64,000 bases of DNA from an uncultured Pseudomonadota bacterium (GCA_949288265.1 CASEJM010000015.1:2052-66051), one strand, 5' to 3'. Shown: positions 9,017 to 18,935, counted from the first letter of the stretch. Notes: generated from the letters alone by a model not told the origin. Numbers and translations: made by a program.

Positions 9017-10018
9017 CTATCCAATTTCATCTAATATTGCTTTCAATTCCAACATATCATCTGGTAAACGCGCTTTAAAATGCATTTCTTTTCCCGTAAC
9101 TGGATGATTAAAATCTAACACTTCGGCATGTAACATCTGACCATTATGTCTTCTTAAAAAATCAAGTAATTCTAAATTCTTTACACTGGCCAGTCGTACG
9201 GAAGAACGCCCGTAAACAGGGTCACATAATACAGGAAAACCATGTGCAGATAAATGTACACGAATTTGATGCGTTCTGCCAGTTAATAAAGTACACCTAA
9301 ATTCTGAAACACCGGCACGTGGCCACACATCTGCAACGGCGACTTTAGTATGTGCAGGTTTTCCCCCAGTTTTCACCATCGTCATTTTCTGACGATTACG
9401 AGAAGAACGGGCAATATTTCCTGTAATATCCGCACCTTCCCAATTTGGTACCCCCCATACAAACGCTAAATACTTACGCGTCAAATCATGCGCCGTAAAA
9501 ATTTTAACCAGACCGCGAAAAGCTGCATCTGATTTGGCAAAAACCATCACCCCACTGGTATCCTTATCAAGTCTGTGTACCACCCCAGGTCGAACATCCC
9601 CACCAAGTGTAGATAAATTAGTATGATGTAAAATATTCTGAACCAAAGTACCAGTATTGTTACCAGCTGACGGATACATAACCACGCCACGCGGTTTATT
9701 TATTACGATTATATCGTCATCTTCATATAAAATATCTAAATCCAAATCACAAGAAACGTTTTCCGCCGCAATATTACTTATTCTTTCTGGTATAATTACA
9801 GAAATTTTATCCCCTGCACGAAGACGAGTTGAAAACTTCGTATTTCCACCATTTAAACTTACATTAAACTTTTGAATCTCGCTGCGGGAAAACGCTGGCA
9901 ATAGATCTGCCAAAAACTTATCTAACCTTACGCCAACATCTGAATCAGCTGCCACAAAATCACGAACTTCCTGCATGGAATACCTATTTATATTCAGACC
10001 AATCGGGCCCTTTTTCAC
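9017..10018 (-). CDS. rluD: RluA/RluD-family 23S rRNA pseudouridine synthase (S4 domain plus catalytic domain)
   Basis: HRLDKDTSG catalytic motif, an S4-like N-terminus (RLDKFLADLLP...SRSEIQK) and GRTHQIRVH. The likely true start is the internal ATG at 9976 (MQEVRDF), which avoids overlap with the upstream ORF. Confidence 0.75.
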   Translation of the reverse strand: MKKGPIGLNINRYSMQEVRDFVAADSDVGVRLDKFLADLLPAFSRSEIQKFNVSLNGGNTKFSTRLRAGDKISVIIPERISNIAAENVSCDLDLDILYEDDDIIVINKPRGVVMYPSAGNNTGTLVQNILHHTNLSTLGGDVRPGVVHRLDKDTSGVMVFAKSDAAFRGLVKIFTAHDLTRKYLAFVWGVPNWEGADITGNIARSSRNRQKMTMVKTGGKPAHTKVAVADVWPRAGVSEFRCTLLTGRTHQIRVHLSAHGFPVLCDPVYGRSSVRLASVKNLELLDFLRRHNGQMLHAEVLDFNHPVTGKEMHFKARLPDDMLELKAILDEIG

Positions 10019-10514
10019 ACTTTCCTAAATCAATCGTTAATTCACGCCCTGAACTTTCAACAGGACATATTAACATTCCCGTACTTTCTGCCTGATCCGC
10101 ATCACGTGTTGCATTACGCCATGTAAATTTTATTTCTTCTGGTGCATACAAACACGCAATATGCAGTTCACCATCATGCTTATCATTTGGTCCCAACCAA
10201 ACGCGTACACCATACCCAAGCCCATAACAAGGGAAACCATCTAAATAATACAATACCAACCCTCGACCAACCAAACTAGATGAAGTTATAAAATTTCCGC
10301 GATATTCCGAATAACGCAAACCCGTCAACCCTTCCCAATCTGTACTAGTAGAAAAAATGCTGACGCGCGCTTGCTGATTAGGCTTTGACGGATTATTCCC
10401 CCCCTGTTCTCTTACCTGAGGATGACTTGGTTTTGAATCCTCCGCAATTGCCGGATTTAAAAACAAACTAATCGCGAATAACGTATACAGAAAAACTTTC
10501 ATCTTTTCCCCCAT
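9984..10514 (-). CDS. Secreted hypothetical protein (signal peptide), last gene of the pilin-like operon
   Basis: N-terminal signal MKVFLYTLFAISLFLNPAIA. No known domain. Its start overlaps the stop of the 10514..11020 gene. Confidence 0.45.
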   Translation of the reverse strand: MGEKMKVFLYTLFAISLFLNPAIAEDSKPSHPQVREQGGNNPSKPNQQARVSIFSTSTDWEGLTGLRYSEYRGNFITSSSLVGRGLVLYYLDGFPCYGLGYGVRVWLGPNDKHDGELHIACLYAPEEIKFTWRNATRDADQAESTGMLICPVESSGRELTIDLGKCEKGPDWSEYK

Positions 10515-11020
10515 TATTCTTTACTATCTAATTCAACGGCTATTTTTTCTACGTTTGATACGGGTACAGATAATTTATGAGAAAACTTAACTTCACTGCC
10601 TGCATCTAATAATGTCGCAGAAGGTAAAAATTTTTGTCGTGCTATAACGTTTCCATTAACGTCATATGAAACGATGACCAAACCTGGAGCCCCATAAATC
10701 TGTTCAGACCGATTTACAACCCGCCCCGATACAACAAATTTAGTAATACCACTTTCATCTGTATCGGTTTTTACGTCCATAATTTCCGCAACAATAGGCT
10801 TTTCTTGAATCTCTTTTACCTTATGTTGATACAAAACTGCAACCGCAAATATTAATGCCGCCAATAAAGCACATAATGCAGCAATGAATACTAATACCGA
10901 ATTACGTCGCTGTGGTCGCTGAACAACCCACGTATTACCACAAATCGCACATTTAACGGGTCCAGAAGGAACGACGTCTAAAGAATACTCTGTTTTACAA
11001 AAATTACATACTGTTTTCAT
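10514..11020 (-). CDS. Zinc-ribbon (MJ0042-type C-x2-C...C-x2-C) membrane protein with a DUF3426-like C-terminal domain
   Basis: N-terminal CNFCKTEY...CAICGN zinc-ribbon, then a single TM helix (VLVFIAALCALLAALIFAVAVL), then a ~100-aa beta-rich domain. Confidence 0.5.
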   Translation of the reverse strand: MKTVCNFCKTEYSLDVVPSGPVKCAICGNTWVVQRPQRRNSVLVFIAALCALLAALIFAVAVLYQHKVKEIQEKPIVAEIMDVKTDTDESGITKFVVSGRVVNRSEQIYGAPGLVIVSYDVNGNVIARQKFLPSATLLDAGSEVKFSHKLSVPVSNVEKIAVELDSKE

Positions 11021-11040
11021 AATATGATTTATACCATAAA

Positions 11041-12399
11041 TTATTCTAAATTCAACTGATGATATTTTAACCCCACTGCATTTTGAATTTCATTTATTGC
11101 GTTCATATAATCTGATGCTGTTGCGTTCTTATTAGTAGCTACCGCATTAAATATACGCCAAGTATCTGTATCCGTATCATCTTCTTCATACACAACCGTC
11201 TGCGCCATACGACTTAATTCTTGCAAAGAAACATCCATAAAATTTGCAACACCATAAGAAGCATCCCAATAATAATCAGGGTTAACAGAATCTTCTATTC
11301 TATCATGCACTTCTAACCTTGGTGTAATAGATCCAGCAAAACCAACTGTTACAAACATTGCATCAATGTTTCCACCTGTCATATCCAAAGATTTATTAAT
11401 ATTTAATACAACGGGACCATCGTCTGAATATGTCGACAATCCCCCCAAGGTCATATTAGAAACCCATAAATCCCCCGTAGAAAAACTTGTAAATTTTCCA
11501 GTATCCGCCATGGAAAATGTCTTAGCCACTTCCATTGTTCTGGAATCTGATGACAATGTGCCAGAAACAGTTGCATTTTGTACTTCTAGTATCTTATCTA
11601 ATGTAGTTCTATTTTGAAAAATTGTATCAACTGTTACGGCAACCCCCAGGGTAAGACTTTCTGTAAATTCAACCGCGTCGGCATTAAAAAAAGTAGAATT
11701 ACTTATATCATGTCCACCTAAATTTAAATCAGACAGCATTGTCGCATCTGAAGCATTATCCGTTGGTACTCTGTACAAATACAATGCATTATCACGATTA
11801 ACTGCGGTTGTCTCGACCAACCCATCTGAAACGTTTAAGCCTAAATCTATCGTGTCTGCTCGCCATGCACCAAACGTACCATAGGCACGATTTCCTTCAA
11901 TAAAGCCCATAGAATCACCACCCATAGCAACTATTTCACGGGTACGCATTGGCGTTATCTCATCTGAAGAAAAAACTATTACCCCTTGTAAAGTTGCCCG
12001 ACCATCTATATCACTAGACTTTAAAACACGTAATTGATAACTGCCGGTATCATCTGATGCTAAATCTGGGTTTAAACCGTATTCCGCTAAATCCGCAATA
12101 TTTACTCTTATAATATTTCGTCCAACTGTATTTAAAAACTCTTCACGATGATCTACTATATAACGTTCCAAAGCAGTTTGAATACTTTCCATCTGTTCTG
12201 CAATAGCAACGTTTTCTGCCCGCTGAACAACGCTTTGCTGATACTTAAAAATAAATGGCATAACTATTGCAGCCAGCGCAACGGTCATCAACAATTCAAC
12301 TAACATTGACCCCTTTTGAGAGTCTTTTCTTAATCTTAGACCAAAATTTTTACTTATGTAACTCATCATTGAATTTCCTTTGGCATGGCAAATTGCCAA
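11041..12399 (-). CDS. Large type IV prepilin-like protein (class III signal: KG|SMLVE, Glu at +5), 452 aa in the ORF track
   Basis: Basic leader ending in Gly, then a hydrophobic N-terminal helix SMLVELLMTVALAAIVMPFIF. The probable start is the ATG at 12366, which overlaps the stop of the upstream gene (TGATG-type coupling). The C-terminal 400 aa have no recognised domain. Confidence 0.55.
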   Translation of the reverse strand: MAICHAKGNSMMSYISKNFGLRLRKDSQKGSMLVELLMTVALAAIVMPFIFKYQQSVVQRAENVAIAEQMESIQTALERYIVDHREEFLNTVGRNIIRVNIADLAEYGLNPDLASDDTGSYQLRVLKSSDIDGRATLQGVIVFSSDEITPMRTREIVAMGGDSMGFIEGNRAYGTFGAWRADTIDLGLNVSDGLVETTAVNRDNALYLYRVPTDNASDATMLSDLNLGGHDISNSTFFNADAVEFTESLTLGVAVTVDTIFQNRTTLDKILEVQNATVSGTLSSDSRTMEVAKTFSMADTGKFTSFSTGDLWVSNMTLGGLSTYSDDGPVVLNINKSLDMTGGNIDAMFVTVGFAGSITPRLEVHDRIEDSVNPDYYWDASYGVANFMDVSLQELSRMAQTVVYEEDDTDTDTWRIFNAVATNKNATASDYMNAINEIQNAVGLKYHQLNLE

Positions 12400-13574
12400 T
12401 CTGATGACATTATCGTATCAAATTCCTTTGGGTCTGGCATCACAGGAATCGTACCACGCGATAAATATAATTCAGAAAAACTTGGTGGCGTCAAAGACGG
12501 AAATACCCAACTACCTATTTTTAACGGCGGCGTCGTTGACATTAACAATTCACCAGATATCGTCAAACCAAAATCTTCATAAAATATTATTTCTTCTGCC
12601 GACACAAATGAAGTAAGGACAGTGTGTGCAACAATTCCTGTAAATCCACTGATTGTACGACTAGAATCAGACTTTAACGTTAAAACATTTCCAACATTTA
12701 CCGAATTTACAACAGTCGCCCTGTCTGTTATTATTCTTCCAGATGTTGTGTAATTATCACCATTTAAAGTATCCGCATATATATTTCTAAAACCAGAAAC
12801 ATCGCCAGTAACGCGCATAGAACCAAACCAAGATTTATCCCCGTCAAGATTTGCACCGGACGAAAAATACAATGTATCCGCTGACAAATTACTTGTTTCT
12901 ATAAATTGACTGGTCGCATTTTTAATTTTTGCCGATTTAGCAAAAATTCCACCTACGTCATAAACGCGATTATAATTCATATTTAAATCACGAAGCATTA
13001 CATTAAGATGTTCTTCACCTGTTTCCGTTTGATGTAAATATTTTGTTTTATCTTCACCGTCTAAATCCCGTGATATTCGATATATTAAATCACCAGACTT
13101 AAAATCTGGTGCAGACACGGCCCACGTTTGTCCGTATGCTATACCATCGTCACCTACGACAGCAGCATCAGAGCCTATATGCCTTGCAACTTTTGAGGTA
13201 CGTAAATCTGTTTCATCTAAATCAAAAGACAAATACACATCAGTAATAGTTGCCCCATTTACGACATATTTATCAACAAAACCTGCTATAGGTAAGGTGG
13301 ATATTTCATCTAATTCTTCGTCTGATAATTTTATTTGAGCAACATCCGGCCAGTCATTCTGATTTAAACGAACAAAATTTAATACTTTATCACGCAAACC
13401 GATAATTTTATTTGCTTCTGCAATATCTCGCAACGTATCGTTTGTGTCGGAAATTTGACTGTATAACAGTGGCGTTGCCATTGCAACAATCGCCATTGCC
13501 AGTAATACTTCCAGCATACTAGCGCCATATTGAATATTAGTAAAAAATTTCATTTTACTTACAGTCACTGCCAC
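12366..13574 (-). CDS. Large type IV prepilin-like protein (YG|ASMLE, Glu at +5), about 400 aa
   Basis: Prepilin-peptidase-type N-terminus MKFFTNIQYG|ASMLEVLLAMAIVAMATPLL. Overlaps its neighbours by 20 and 34 nt, so it belongs to the same operon. Confidence 0.55.
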   Translation of the reverse strand: MAVTVSKMKFFTNIQYGASMLEVLLAMAIVAMATPLLYSQISDTNDTLRDIAEANKIIGLRDKVLNFVRLNQNDWPDVAQIKLSDEELDEISTLPIAGFVDKYVVNGATITDVYLSFDLDETDLRTSKVARHIGSDAAVVGDDGIAYGQTWAVSAPDFKSGDLIYRISRDLDGEDKTKYLHQTETGEEHLNVMLRDLNMNYNRVYDVGGIFAKSAKIKNATSQFIETSNLSADTLYFSSGANLDGDKSWFGSMRVTGDVSGFRNIYADTLNGDNYTTSGRIITDRATVVNSVNVGNVLTLKSDSSRTISGFTGIVAHTVLTSFVSAEEIIFYEDFGLTISGELLMSTTPPLKIGSWVFPSLTPPSFSELYLSRGTIPVMPDPKEFDTIMSSDWQFAMPKEIQ

Positions 13575-14964
13575 CTTCTAATAAACATTGCTTTATTTTT
13601 ATTCTTTTCTCTAAACGCTGCCAGAAATAGTATTGACATATTATATACTGAGACAAAGACTTTGCATTATAGCGCCCTTCAAGTTTTGATATGATGTCAC
13701 GACAACTTTGTGTTTTATCGTCATCTGCAGATGGGCGATTTATTATCGAAAAACCATCATTACTAATTGTATTCAAAAGTACATCTGGTAATACTGACGT
13801 ACCAGCAGGCCTAATATCCAAAACCACAGCCCCAGTTTCCCCTTGGTTCAACGCATCAGATGTCTGATCGCGCATAGTTATATTGGAAACAATTATTGTA
13901 TTAGTCTCAAGACCTGTACGAGAACTATATTCTAAATTATCTGGGTCAATATACACGTCTTGTCCGCGCGATGCATCTATATAAGAATCTATATCTAAAC
14001 GTTCCAAACTAAAATTAATATTTTCACTTATAACGTCTCCATTCACAGTCCAATTAGGCGGGCCTGAAAAACTTGTTCGCCCCGCTGTCATTGCAAAATC
14101 ATAAACGGATGCAGTATTTGAAGTAAAATTACCGGTATCACCAAACATTGATACAGTTCTTGTAGAAAAGTCGTCAACGTATAAAGAACCGCGCGTCAAT
14201 GATAAAGCAGATTCACCTAAAGGGCTTTGAAAAACGGCACGATCTGCCATCATAACTTCTATTGTGTTACGTACTTTTCTTCCGTCTTCTACCCCATACA
14301 AAGACAATGTATTAAATTGCCCGCTATCAAACTCGCCACGACGAGCAAAAATTTCACCGCCATTATTAAAAGAAAATCCCCCCATATCAAGATTAGTTAA
14401 AAAAGCGTTATCATCTAAGTTTTGTTCATTTCTTCGCACAACATCCGAATAAGCAGAATCTAAGGCCAAACCAACTAAAATCGCATCACCGGATACAGAA
14501 GCATAAAAACCTATTCTTCTTGCCAGTTCGGCCAATTCTACTGCGGATAAATCGCCACCACTTAACTGCAAATACGCGCTAACCGCCATTGGCGTTTTAT
14601 TTATCACCAAAGATATATCTTGTCCCAAAGCCGTGCGTGGCACAAACCCAAGCGGTAAACCATAAGATTCCAACAAATCAGAAAAAGTATTACCAGAAAC
14701 AACGGTTGTATTATAAGGTAAATCATTTGCCCGCTCACGAATGAAAATTCTTGCGGCAGTTTGCGCAACTTCTACTTTCTGCGTAGAAGCATACATCTGC
14801 GCATCAATATCTCTTGCCGCCAACCGTTGTGCAAAAAACGGTATGAACGAAAATATCAGCGCCAGCGCAAGCAATGCTTGTAACAAAAAATTACCACTTT
14901 GTCGCTGCAAGTCCGTCACCCTCCTACACCTGTAAATATTAGCAATTGAAAAAAAATATTGCAA
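13555..14964 (-). CDS. Large prepilin-like protein (SG|NFLLQ, Gln instead of Glu at +5, as in GspK/PilX-type minor pilins), 469 aa
   Basis: A hydrophobic N-terminal helix LLQALLALALIFSFIPFF follows a Gly-ending leader. First gene of the operon. Confidence 0.45.
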   Translation of the reverse strand: MQYFFSIANIYRCRRVTDLQRQSGNFLLQALLALALIFSFIPFFAQRLAARDIDAQMYASTQKVEVAQTAARIFIRERANDLPYNTTVVSGNTFSDLLESYGLPLGFVPRTALGQDISLVINKTPMAVSAYLQLSGGDLSAVELAELARRIGFYASVSGDAILVGLALDSAYSDVVRRNEQNLDDNAFLTNLDMGGFSFNNGGEIFARRGEFDSGQFNTLSLYGVEDGRKVRNTIEVMMADRAVFQSPLGESALSLTRGSLYVDDFSTRTVSMFGDTGNFTSNTASVYDFAMTAGRTSFSGPPNWTVNGDVISENINFSLERLDIDSYIDASRGQDVYIDPDNLEYSSRTGLETNTIIVSNITMRDQTSDALNQGETGAVVLDIRPAGTSVLPDVLLNTISNDGFSIINRPSADDDKTQSCRDIISKLEGRYNAKSLSQYIICQYYFWQRLEKRIKIKQCLLEGGSDCK

Positions 14965-15055
14965 TCGCTTTTAAGATTCAGTATCATTTAATCTGTTGAA
15001 TAAGCGATAGTGATAAAACACTATTAAACATTTTCCTAAAAACAGAAAAAAGAAT

Positions 15056-15364
15056 ATGCAAAACAAAAAAAATCAATCGTCTGTCGGGCTGATGATTCAG
15101 CGCTGTCATAAATGGCGTCAGAAAAGAAAACAATATATGGATCAGGCTCGTCAAACTGCGGATGAAATTGAACGTGAACGTTTAATGCAAGCGGCAGAAC
15201 ATTATGGGCGTATAGTAAACGCAGAACAGGGTAAAATAGATTCTACTCGTGACCCTAAAGACAAAACGCCTGTCATCGAAGAAACCACAGATATTGTCGA
15301 TACGATGGAAACTTCTGACGATGATGATGTATCTTTTCCGGATTTCATCACAAACGAAAAATAA
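15056..15364 (+). CDS. Small basic/acidic hypothetical protein
   Basis: 102-aa ORF upstream of dnaX on the same strand. Basic N-terminus and an acidic DDDD C-terminus. No recognised domain. Confidence 0.3.
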   Translation: MQNKKNQSSVGLMIQRCHKWRQKRKQYMDQARQTADEIERERLMQAAEHYGRIVNAEQGKIDSTRDPKDKTPVIEETTDIVDTMETSDDDDVSFPDFITNEK

Positions 15365-15444
15365 ATTTTTAGCGCGTAAACCATACTTTACTTCTTGAAA
15401 TTTTACTATGTTTTGGTATGCTTGCCCCAAAGGAAGTTTAAGCA

Positions 15445-16989
15445 ATGGATAGCAATTATACAGTTTTAGCGCGCAAATACCGCAGTCAAGATTTTAAATC
15501 ATTAATCGGTCAAGATGTATTAGTCAAAACTTTGACTACTGCCATAAATACGGGACGCATTGCACACGCTTATATTTTTACGGGCATTCGTGGTACGGGG
15601 AAAACCAGTACTGCTCGCATTTTAGCAAAAGCTTTAAATTGTCAATCCTCTGACGGGCCGACTGCTTCACCATGTGGGACTTGTGAAAACTGTCGCGCAA
15701 TTGCAGCAGGACAACATATTGACGTGTTAGAAATTGACGCGGCGTCGCATACGGGTGTTGATAACATGCGTGATATATTAGATGCCTCTCAATATCGTCC
15801 TACGAATGGCAGATACAAAGTATATATAATTGACGAAGTACATATGTTATCTACCAGTGCATTTAACGCGTTACTAAAAACACTGGAAGAACCACCAGCA
15901 CACGTAATATTCATTCTTGCGACAACAGAAATTCGTAAGGTACCGGTTACAATTTTATCACGCTGTCAGCGATTTGATTTAGTTCGCGTACCCGTAGAAA
16001 CACTAAAACAACATTTTTCTTGGATTGCATCACAAGAAAAAATAGAACTAAGTGACGCCGCAAACGAACTTTTAGCACGGGCCGCGGATGGTTCTGTCAG
16101 GGATGGATTATCATTACTTGACCAAGCGATTGCACAAACGGGTGGACACGTTGACGAACAGGCTGTTCTAGACATGTTAAAGCGCGCAGACCGTGGGGTT
16201 GTTGTCAATTTTATGGAAACTTTATTATCTGGTGACACTGCCGCTGCTTTGGCAAAAGCAGACGAAATTTATACAAACGGTGCCGACCTTGCAATGTTAC
16301 TAAATGATATGATGGAATGGACGCATTGGGCGACGCGTATGCATCCTTCAATTCATGCTGGCGAAGTTATAAATTCTCCGTATACTGCCGATCAACGTGA
16401 ACAAATTAAAAAAATTGATTCTCAGGTATCATTAAACACATTATCAAGAATTTGGCAAGTAATGGTCGCTGCGGTACCAGAAATGCAAGCATCTGGTAAT
16501 CAGAAACAATGTTTCGATATGTTAATTGTTAGATTAATGCATATTGCCGACATGCCTTCTGTAGCAGATATATTAAAAAACCAAAAAAACCAACAAGCCT
16601 CTTCTTCGGTAACGCCACAACCCGTAACGCAACAAAAGCAGGAAACCAATCAAAAATTTAATATTGAAAACGCAAACGATTTGGCTTGCGCATTACAAGC
16701 TTCCAAAGAAATATTATTATATTCATATTATACAAGTAATATAGAAGTTATAGAAATATCTAATACAACCATAAAATATTTCGACAGGCGCGGTGATGCG
16801 GATTTCGCGCACAAAATGACAACATGGTTGAATGACAAGACCGGAAAAATTTGGACCATGGAACGGATTGAACAATCTCAGAACACGCACACAATTACCG
16901 AACAGAAAAAAGAAGAGTTAGAAGCAGACCCAATGGTTGCCAGTGCAATGGATTTATTTACCGACGCCGAAATTGTTGGTGTAAAATGA
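15445..16989 (+). CDS. dnaX: DNA polymerase III subunit tau (DnaX)
   Basis: Walker A GIRGTGKTSTARILAK, a Cys4 zinc module (CQSSDGPTASPCGTCENC), DEVHML, and SRC in sensor 2. A-rich heptamers are present, but the -1 frame stays open, so only tau is predicted. Confidence 0.9.
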   Translation: MDSNYTVLARKYRSQDFKSLIGQDVLVKTLTTAINTGRIAHAYIFTGIRGTGKTSTARILAKALNCQSSDGPTASPCGTCENCRAIAAGQHIDVLEIDAASHTGVDNMRDILDASQYRPTNGRYKVYIIDEVHMLSTSAFNALLKTLEEPPAHVIFILATTEIRKVPVTILSRCQRFDLVRVPVETLKQHFSWIASQEKIELSDAANELLARAADGSVRDGLSLLDQAIAQTGGHVDEQAVLDMLKRADRGVVVNFMETLLSGDTAAALAKADEIYTNGADLAMLLNDMMEWTHWATRMHPSIHAGEVINSPYTADQREQIKKIDSQVSLNTLSRIWQVMVAAVPEMQASGNQKQCFDMLIVRLMHIADMPSVADILKNQKNQQASSSVTPQPVTQQKQETNQKFNIENANDLACALQASKEILLYSYYTSNIEVIEISNTTIKYFDRRGDADFAHKMTTWLNDKTGKIWTMERIEQSQNTHTITEQKKEELEADPMVASAMDLFTDAEIVGVK

Positions 16990-17465
16990 AACAGGAGATC
17001 AACATGACACAAGAACGAGGGGCATCAATTATAGAAGTAATAGGGGTGTTAGCAATTGCTGGATTAATGAGTGCGGCGGCAATTGGTATGTATAACGTAA
17101 TAAGAAATAATCAGGCACGAAAAATTGCTTCTGTTGAATTGGAACAGATTGCAAAGAACACAGAACTATTAATGGGTATGCGTGATGACTACACAGGCTT
17201 ATCAATTAAATATCTTGTATCTGCGGGCGCATTAAATAGCTCTAAAGCACCTATTGGGGGTGACGATTGGTCTGTATCGGCGACAAATGACGGTAAAGGT
17301 TACTCAATAAATCTTACTCAATTAAGTGAAAGCGAATGCCAGTATTTTACTTCGACGCAACCTAAATGGGCAACTAGTATGACGGCAAATGGTGTAAAAG
17401 TAACAGCGACGCCAAATTGTTTTTCAACCAGAACGAATAAAGTTTCTTTTTTAGTGGAAAAATGA
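16986..17465 (+). CDS. Type IV pilin-like protein (RG|ASIIE, Glu at +5), 159 aa
   Basis: Prepilin-type N-terminus followed by the hydrophobic helix VIGVLAIAGLMSAAAIGMY. Overlaps the dnaX stop (ATGA). Confidence 0.6.
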   Translation: MKQEINMTQERGASIIEVIGVLAIAGLMSAAAIGMYNVIRNNQARKIASVELEQIAKNTELLMGMRDDYTGLSIKYLVSAGALNSSKAPIGGDDWSVSATNDGKGYSINLTQLSESECQYFTSTQPKWATSMTANGVKVTATPNCFSTRTNKVSFLVEK

Positions 17466-17474
17466 ATTAAGTAA

Positions 17475-18149
17475 ATGAATTTACATAAATATATTTCTTT
17501 ATTTATATTCTTAATTATGACGGCGTGCGTGCAATACCATAGTCCTGAAAGATCAACATGGTCGCAATATCTTCGAGGGGCCAGTTTTACCGACATGACA
17601 GAAACCGCTCGTATTGCTAAACGTCCTGTTTTTCTTGGTGCGGGGGGTAAACTTATAAGTTCTGTTGAAAGCCCGGCAAAAATGGATTATGGGGACAAAT
17701 CTCAAAATGATACAGCCATAAGCGTCAATTATATGGCAAATTTAGAGTATGAATTATATGATGCACTTAGAAAGCCTGGTATATCTGTTCAGAGGGCTGG
17801 AACAGATGTAGTTATAATTTTAGTCCGAGACGCAATTATGGAACTGAACGTTGCCGACATATCAGCAGACGGGGCAGACACTCTTAAAACAATCACAAAA
17901 ATCTTAAATAAATATGATGCGACGTTCATGGAAATTGCGGGTTATACAGACGCAATGGCAAAAAAACAGGCCGACGCTTTATCATTAGATATGGCCCAAC
18001 GCGTTGGTGTATTCTTTTCGCAACAAGGTATTAGTACTACTCGTATGTTTATAGTTGGTCGCGGCTCGGCAAGACCTATTGCGGGTCAAGATGACATCGG
18101 TCGTTTAACCAATCGTCGGATTGAAATTCGCTTAGTACCTGCACGATAA
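17475..18149 (+). CDS. OmpA-family lipoprotein (lipobox ...MTAC; C-terminal OmpA/MotB peptidoglycan-binding domain)
   Basis: Signal plus Cys (LIMTAC). C-terminus GYTDAMA...NRRIEIRLVP matches the OmpA_C motif (GHTD...NRRVEI). Confidence 0.65.
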   Translation: MNLHKYISLFIFLIMTACVQYHSPERSTWSQYLRGASFTDMTETARIAKRPVFLGAGGKLISSVESPAKMDYGDKSQNDTAISVNYMANLEYELYDALRKPGISVQRAGTDVVIILVRDAIMELNVADISADGADTLKTITKILNKYDATFMEIAGYTDAMAKKQADALSLDMAQRVGVFFSQQGISTTRMFIVGRGSARPIAGQDDIGRLTNRRIEIRLVPAR

Positions 18150-18237
18150 ATTAAACTTAAAAACGAAATAACTTTCACTTTGAAATTCATAATTTTATTG
18201 CTATACTGCCAACATAACATAATAAAAGGATGGAAAC

Positions 18238-18900
18238 ATGGCAAATAAAACACCAGCTAACTCGGCTGTAAAAAAATATGTAAAATTTGGTGTAATCGCT
18301 GCAGTTGTGATTGTAGTGGCTGCACTAGGTGCATGGGGTATCAGCGCTTTGCGTGGCGGTGGTGCAACCGTTGAAGAAGCAATGGAAGTCGTCACAACAG
18401 ACGCTGCAAATGCTGCGGATTTACGCATAGCCGTAATTCGTATGGACGCAATTCAAAACGATGCGACCGTATTAAAAGATTTGGCAAAACAACGTGAAAA
18501 TTATGAAAACAAATTACGTGATGAACTGGAAAAAAGACAAAAAGAATTAGAAGCAGAAAAAGCAGAAATTGAAAAATCTCAGGACGTTTTGTCTCGTGAT
18601 GCTTTACAACGTCGTATTGTAGACTACCAAAATCGCGTTAATGAATTACAGCGTGATTTAACAGAACGTGCACAAAGCATTGAAATTGCATTTCAAAAAG
18701 CTTTGAATGAAGTTCAGAACGAACATTTAAATCCTGTAATTGAAGGTATTATTGAAAAGAAAAATCTATCTATGGTAATAGATGGTCGGTTTACTCGCGT
18801 TGGTAAAAACGCTTTAAATTTAGATATAACAGATGAAGTCGTTTCTGCCTTAGATAAAAAAGTATCTAAAGTAAAAATGGACACACCACAAGGTTTCTAA
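18238..18900 (+). CDS. skp: Periplasmic chaperone Skp/OmpH-like
   Basis: Sits immediately upstream of lpxD-fabZ. N-terminal TM/signal, then a long charged coiled-coil (KLRDELEKRQKELEAEKAEIEK), typical of OmpH. It is 220 aa, longer than E. coli Skp. Confidence 0.65.
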   Translation: MANKTPANSAVKKYVKFGVIAAVVIVVAALGAWGISALRGGGATVEEAMEVVTTDAANAADLRIAVIRMDAIQNDATVLKDLAKQRENYENKLRDELEKRQKELEAEKAEIEKSQDVLSRDALQRRIVDYQNRVNELQRDLTERAQSIEIAFQKALNEVQNEHLNPVIEGIIEKKNLSMVIDGRFTRVGKNALNLDITDEVVSALDKKVSKVKMDTPQGF

Positions 18901-18907
18901 ATTAAAA

Positions 18908-18935
18908 ATACCGCCGACACGGCGGTATTTTTTTT
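18908..18935 (+). terminator. Rho-independent terminator after skp (ATACCGCC-gacac-GGCGGTAT + T8)
   Basis: Read directly from the sequence. Confidence 0.65.

Noticed and set aside
15365-15444. Possible SRP (4.5S) RNA upstream of dnaX, where ffs is often found
   Set aside because: No GGAA/GNRA tetraloop flanked by the conserved AGGUCCGGAAGGAAGCAGC-type motif. Only a weak CCCAAAGGAAG resemblance, and the region is more likely the dnaX promoter and RBS.
16570-16600. Two in-frame A-AAA-AAC heptamers in dnaX (TTAAAAAACCAAAAAAACCAA) that look like a -1 programmed frameshift site for a gamma subunit
   Set aside because: After a -1 slip the new frame stays open for more than 30 codons rather than hitting a stop within a few codons as in E. 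coli, and no downstream stem-loop is evident. Most likely just an A-rich coding stretch (Lys-Asn-Gln-Lys-Asn-Gln); dnaX here probably makes tau only.
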